In this document: piece by piece, positions 62,681-64,000 of the stretch
How the letters are laid out: every line of letters begins with the position of its first letter
How positions within the stretch are numbered: the first letter of the stretch is position 1
Source: Trichosphaerium sp. ATCC 40318
Lineage: Eukaryota; Protista; Tubulinea
DNA length: 64,000 nucleotides
Reading direction: 5' to 3'
Assembly: GCA_038496445.1 (NCBI GenBank)
Contig: JALMLS010000480.1
Coordinates: 205,881 to 269,880 of the forward strand
Position numbers and translations under genes: made by a program
Notes under the pieces: generated by a model
The model's input: only the letters and a program-made list of their open reading frames with translations
Told to the model about the DNA's origin: nothing
Databases searched by the model: none

Positions 62681-64000
62681 CTAAATCTTAATATCAAATA
62701 ACGGAAAGCTGTAAAAGGTATAGTGCTTTTGCTCAAGTCGTTTAACTTCTGGGAGTGATTTATAAATTTTCTTCGAAGTTGCAGTGCCTTTGAGGTTAAT
62801 TGAGTAAACACCTACAAGGGCTTTAACTCCATCATCCGTGACAGCTCTACAAAAAGCCAAATCAATAGCATGAACGCCAACAAGCGCTTTAACACCGTCA
62901 TCTGTAACTCTTGTACTTCTTACACTGATAGTATGTACACCAGCCAAAGCCTTGATACCCTTATCCGTTACATTAGTGCCACTAATGTTAATTGCATGAA
63001 CACCTGCCAATGCTTCAATACCACAATCAGTTATTTTTAAACAAAAGCTTAAATCAATTGTATGAACACCAGCCAAGGCTTTAATGCCGTCATCTGTAAC
63101 AGAGTCACAATGGTTTAGACCAATAGTATGAACACCTGCCAACGCTATAACAATGTCATTTGTGATGGTACAATGTCCTAAACCCACTGTGTGTACCCCA
63201 GCAAGCACTTTAACATCTCTAACATTTGTTTTATAGAGCTCAATTTTATGGACACCAGCTAAAGCTGCAATACCCTCTTCAGTAACTTGTGTACACCAGT
63301 TTAACTTAATTGTGTTAACCCCTGCCAGTGCTTTAATGCCATCATCCGTAACATGCTTGCACTGAGTTAAACAGATGGTATGAACACCAGCCAAAGCCTT
63401 AACTCCTACATCAGTCACTTTACACAAGCTTAGAATAATTGTATGAACTCCAGCCAATGCCTTGATGTCATTATCTGTTACATTTGTAATAGCCAAACTT
63501 ATCGTATGAACTCCAGCCAATGCTGTAAAACAATCATCTCCAAGATTACCACAAAAGCTTAAATTAATTGTATGAACTCCATACAGTGCGTTAATACCAT
63601 TGCTTGTAATTAATCTACAACCCTTCGCTATAATTCTTTTTGTTCCTGCAAGTTGTTTGAGATGTTTGTCAGTAAATGTGTATAAACAATTAGTAAGATC
63701 AATGCTGTTCACCTTAAAGCCATCAAAGTCAATGTGGTCAATTCTACTATAAAGCTTGAGGTTATAGGCTCCTTGTAAGAACTTCAAGTGTTTTTGTTTG
63801 ATTGAGAACCTAACATCGATTCTGCATGTTTTGATGAGGTGAGGCGCTTCCTTGAATAGCTTTTTTAGCTTCTTCTTTCTCTTGAGGATAATACGTCTTC
63901 CTCCACCGTATCCCAAGTGAGTTGTAGCTATTTTAGCGAATATTCTAGATACAAGGACAACTGATCTTAAAGTTAACAATGAAACAAATTGTAGAACATG
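62681..64000 (-). CDS. F-box-like + LRR protein (subtype A), right-arm copy; start lies beyond the window
   Basis: Near-identical to 57438-58808. Confidence 0.9.
   Translation of the reverse strand, partial: HVLQFVSLLTLRSVVLVSRIFAKIATTHLGYGGGRRIILKRKKKLKKLFKEAPHLIKTCRIDVRFSIKQKHLKFLQGAYNLKLYSRIDHIDFDGFKVNSIDLTNCLYTFTDKHLKQLAGTKRIIAKGCRLITSNGINALYGVHTINLSFCGNLGDDCFTALAGVHTISLAITNVTDNDIKALAGVHTIILSLCKVTDVGVKALAGVHTICLTQCKHVTDDGIKALAGVNTIKLNWCTQVTEEGIAALAGVHKIELYKTNVRDVKVLAGVHTVGLGHCTITNDIVIALAGVHTIGLNHCDSVTDDGIKALAGVHTIDLSFCLKITDCGIEALAGVHAINISGTNVTDKGIKALAGVHTISVRSTRVTDDGVKALVGVHAIDLAFCRAVTDDGVKALVGVYSINLKGTATSKKIYKSLPEVKRLEQKHYTFYSFPLFDIKI

Larger units (their letters stand above)
57489..64000. 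repeat. Large inverted duplication, near-identical arms 57489-60231 and 61001-64000 (continues beyond the window)
   Basis: Mirror-image ORF sets; the LRR proteins differ at only 4 residues over the shared length; a diverged inner continuation pairs ~60232-60465 with ~60740-61000. Confidence 0.97.

Noticed and set aside
33467-64000. LRR nucleotide repeats as a CRISPR array or diversity-generating retroelement
   Set aside because: The repeats are in-frame coding units with synonymous variation; no cas genes, reverse transcriptase or adenine-specific template/variable pair is seen.

Overview
AT-rich (about one-third GC by eye), intron-dense eukaryotic DNA with short spliceosomal introns (GTACGT/GTAAG donors, CTAAC branch sites), most consistent with an amoeboid protist (inference). 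Housekeeping genes (DNA ligase I, cofilin, NOT3/NOT5, a long coiled-coil protein) are mixed with a rapidly turning-over accessory set: about 14 F-box-like genes (7 LRR, 4 MORN-variant, 1 NHL, 2 other; several pseudogenised), two arrestin-fold paralogs, two multi-kb inverted duplications and two small TIR elements. The strongest discovery is absent from the ORF track: a 5-exon minus-strand gene (16548-17228) that splices into a 156-aa protein with a ubiquitin-like domain, a hydrophobic segment and a SelK/SelS-like tail ending GGCGGG-UGA-P-stop, followed by a canonical type II SECIS. It is a probable novel UBL-fused selenoprotein. Other notable signals are one filamin exon lying on the opposite strand to the rest of its gene, roughly 10-fold excess of the palindrome CACGTG, and an ADP-ribosylhydrolase that has lost its metal ligands, head-to-head with LIG1. 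All gene models were spliced by eye; no database searches were run.
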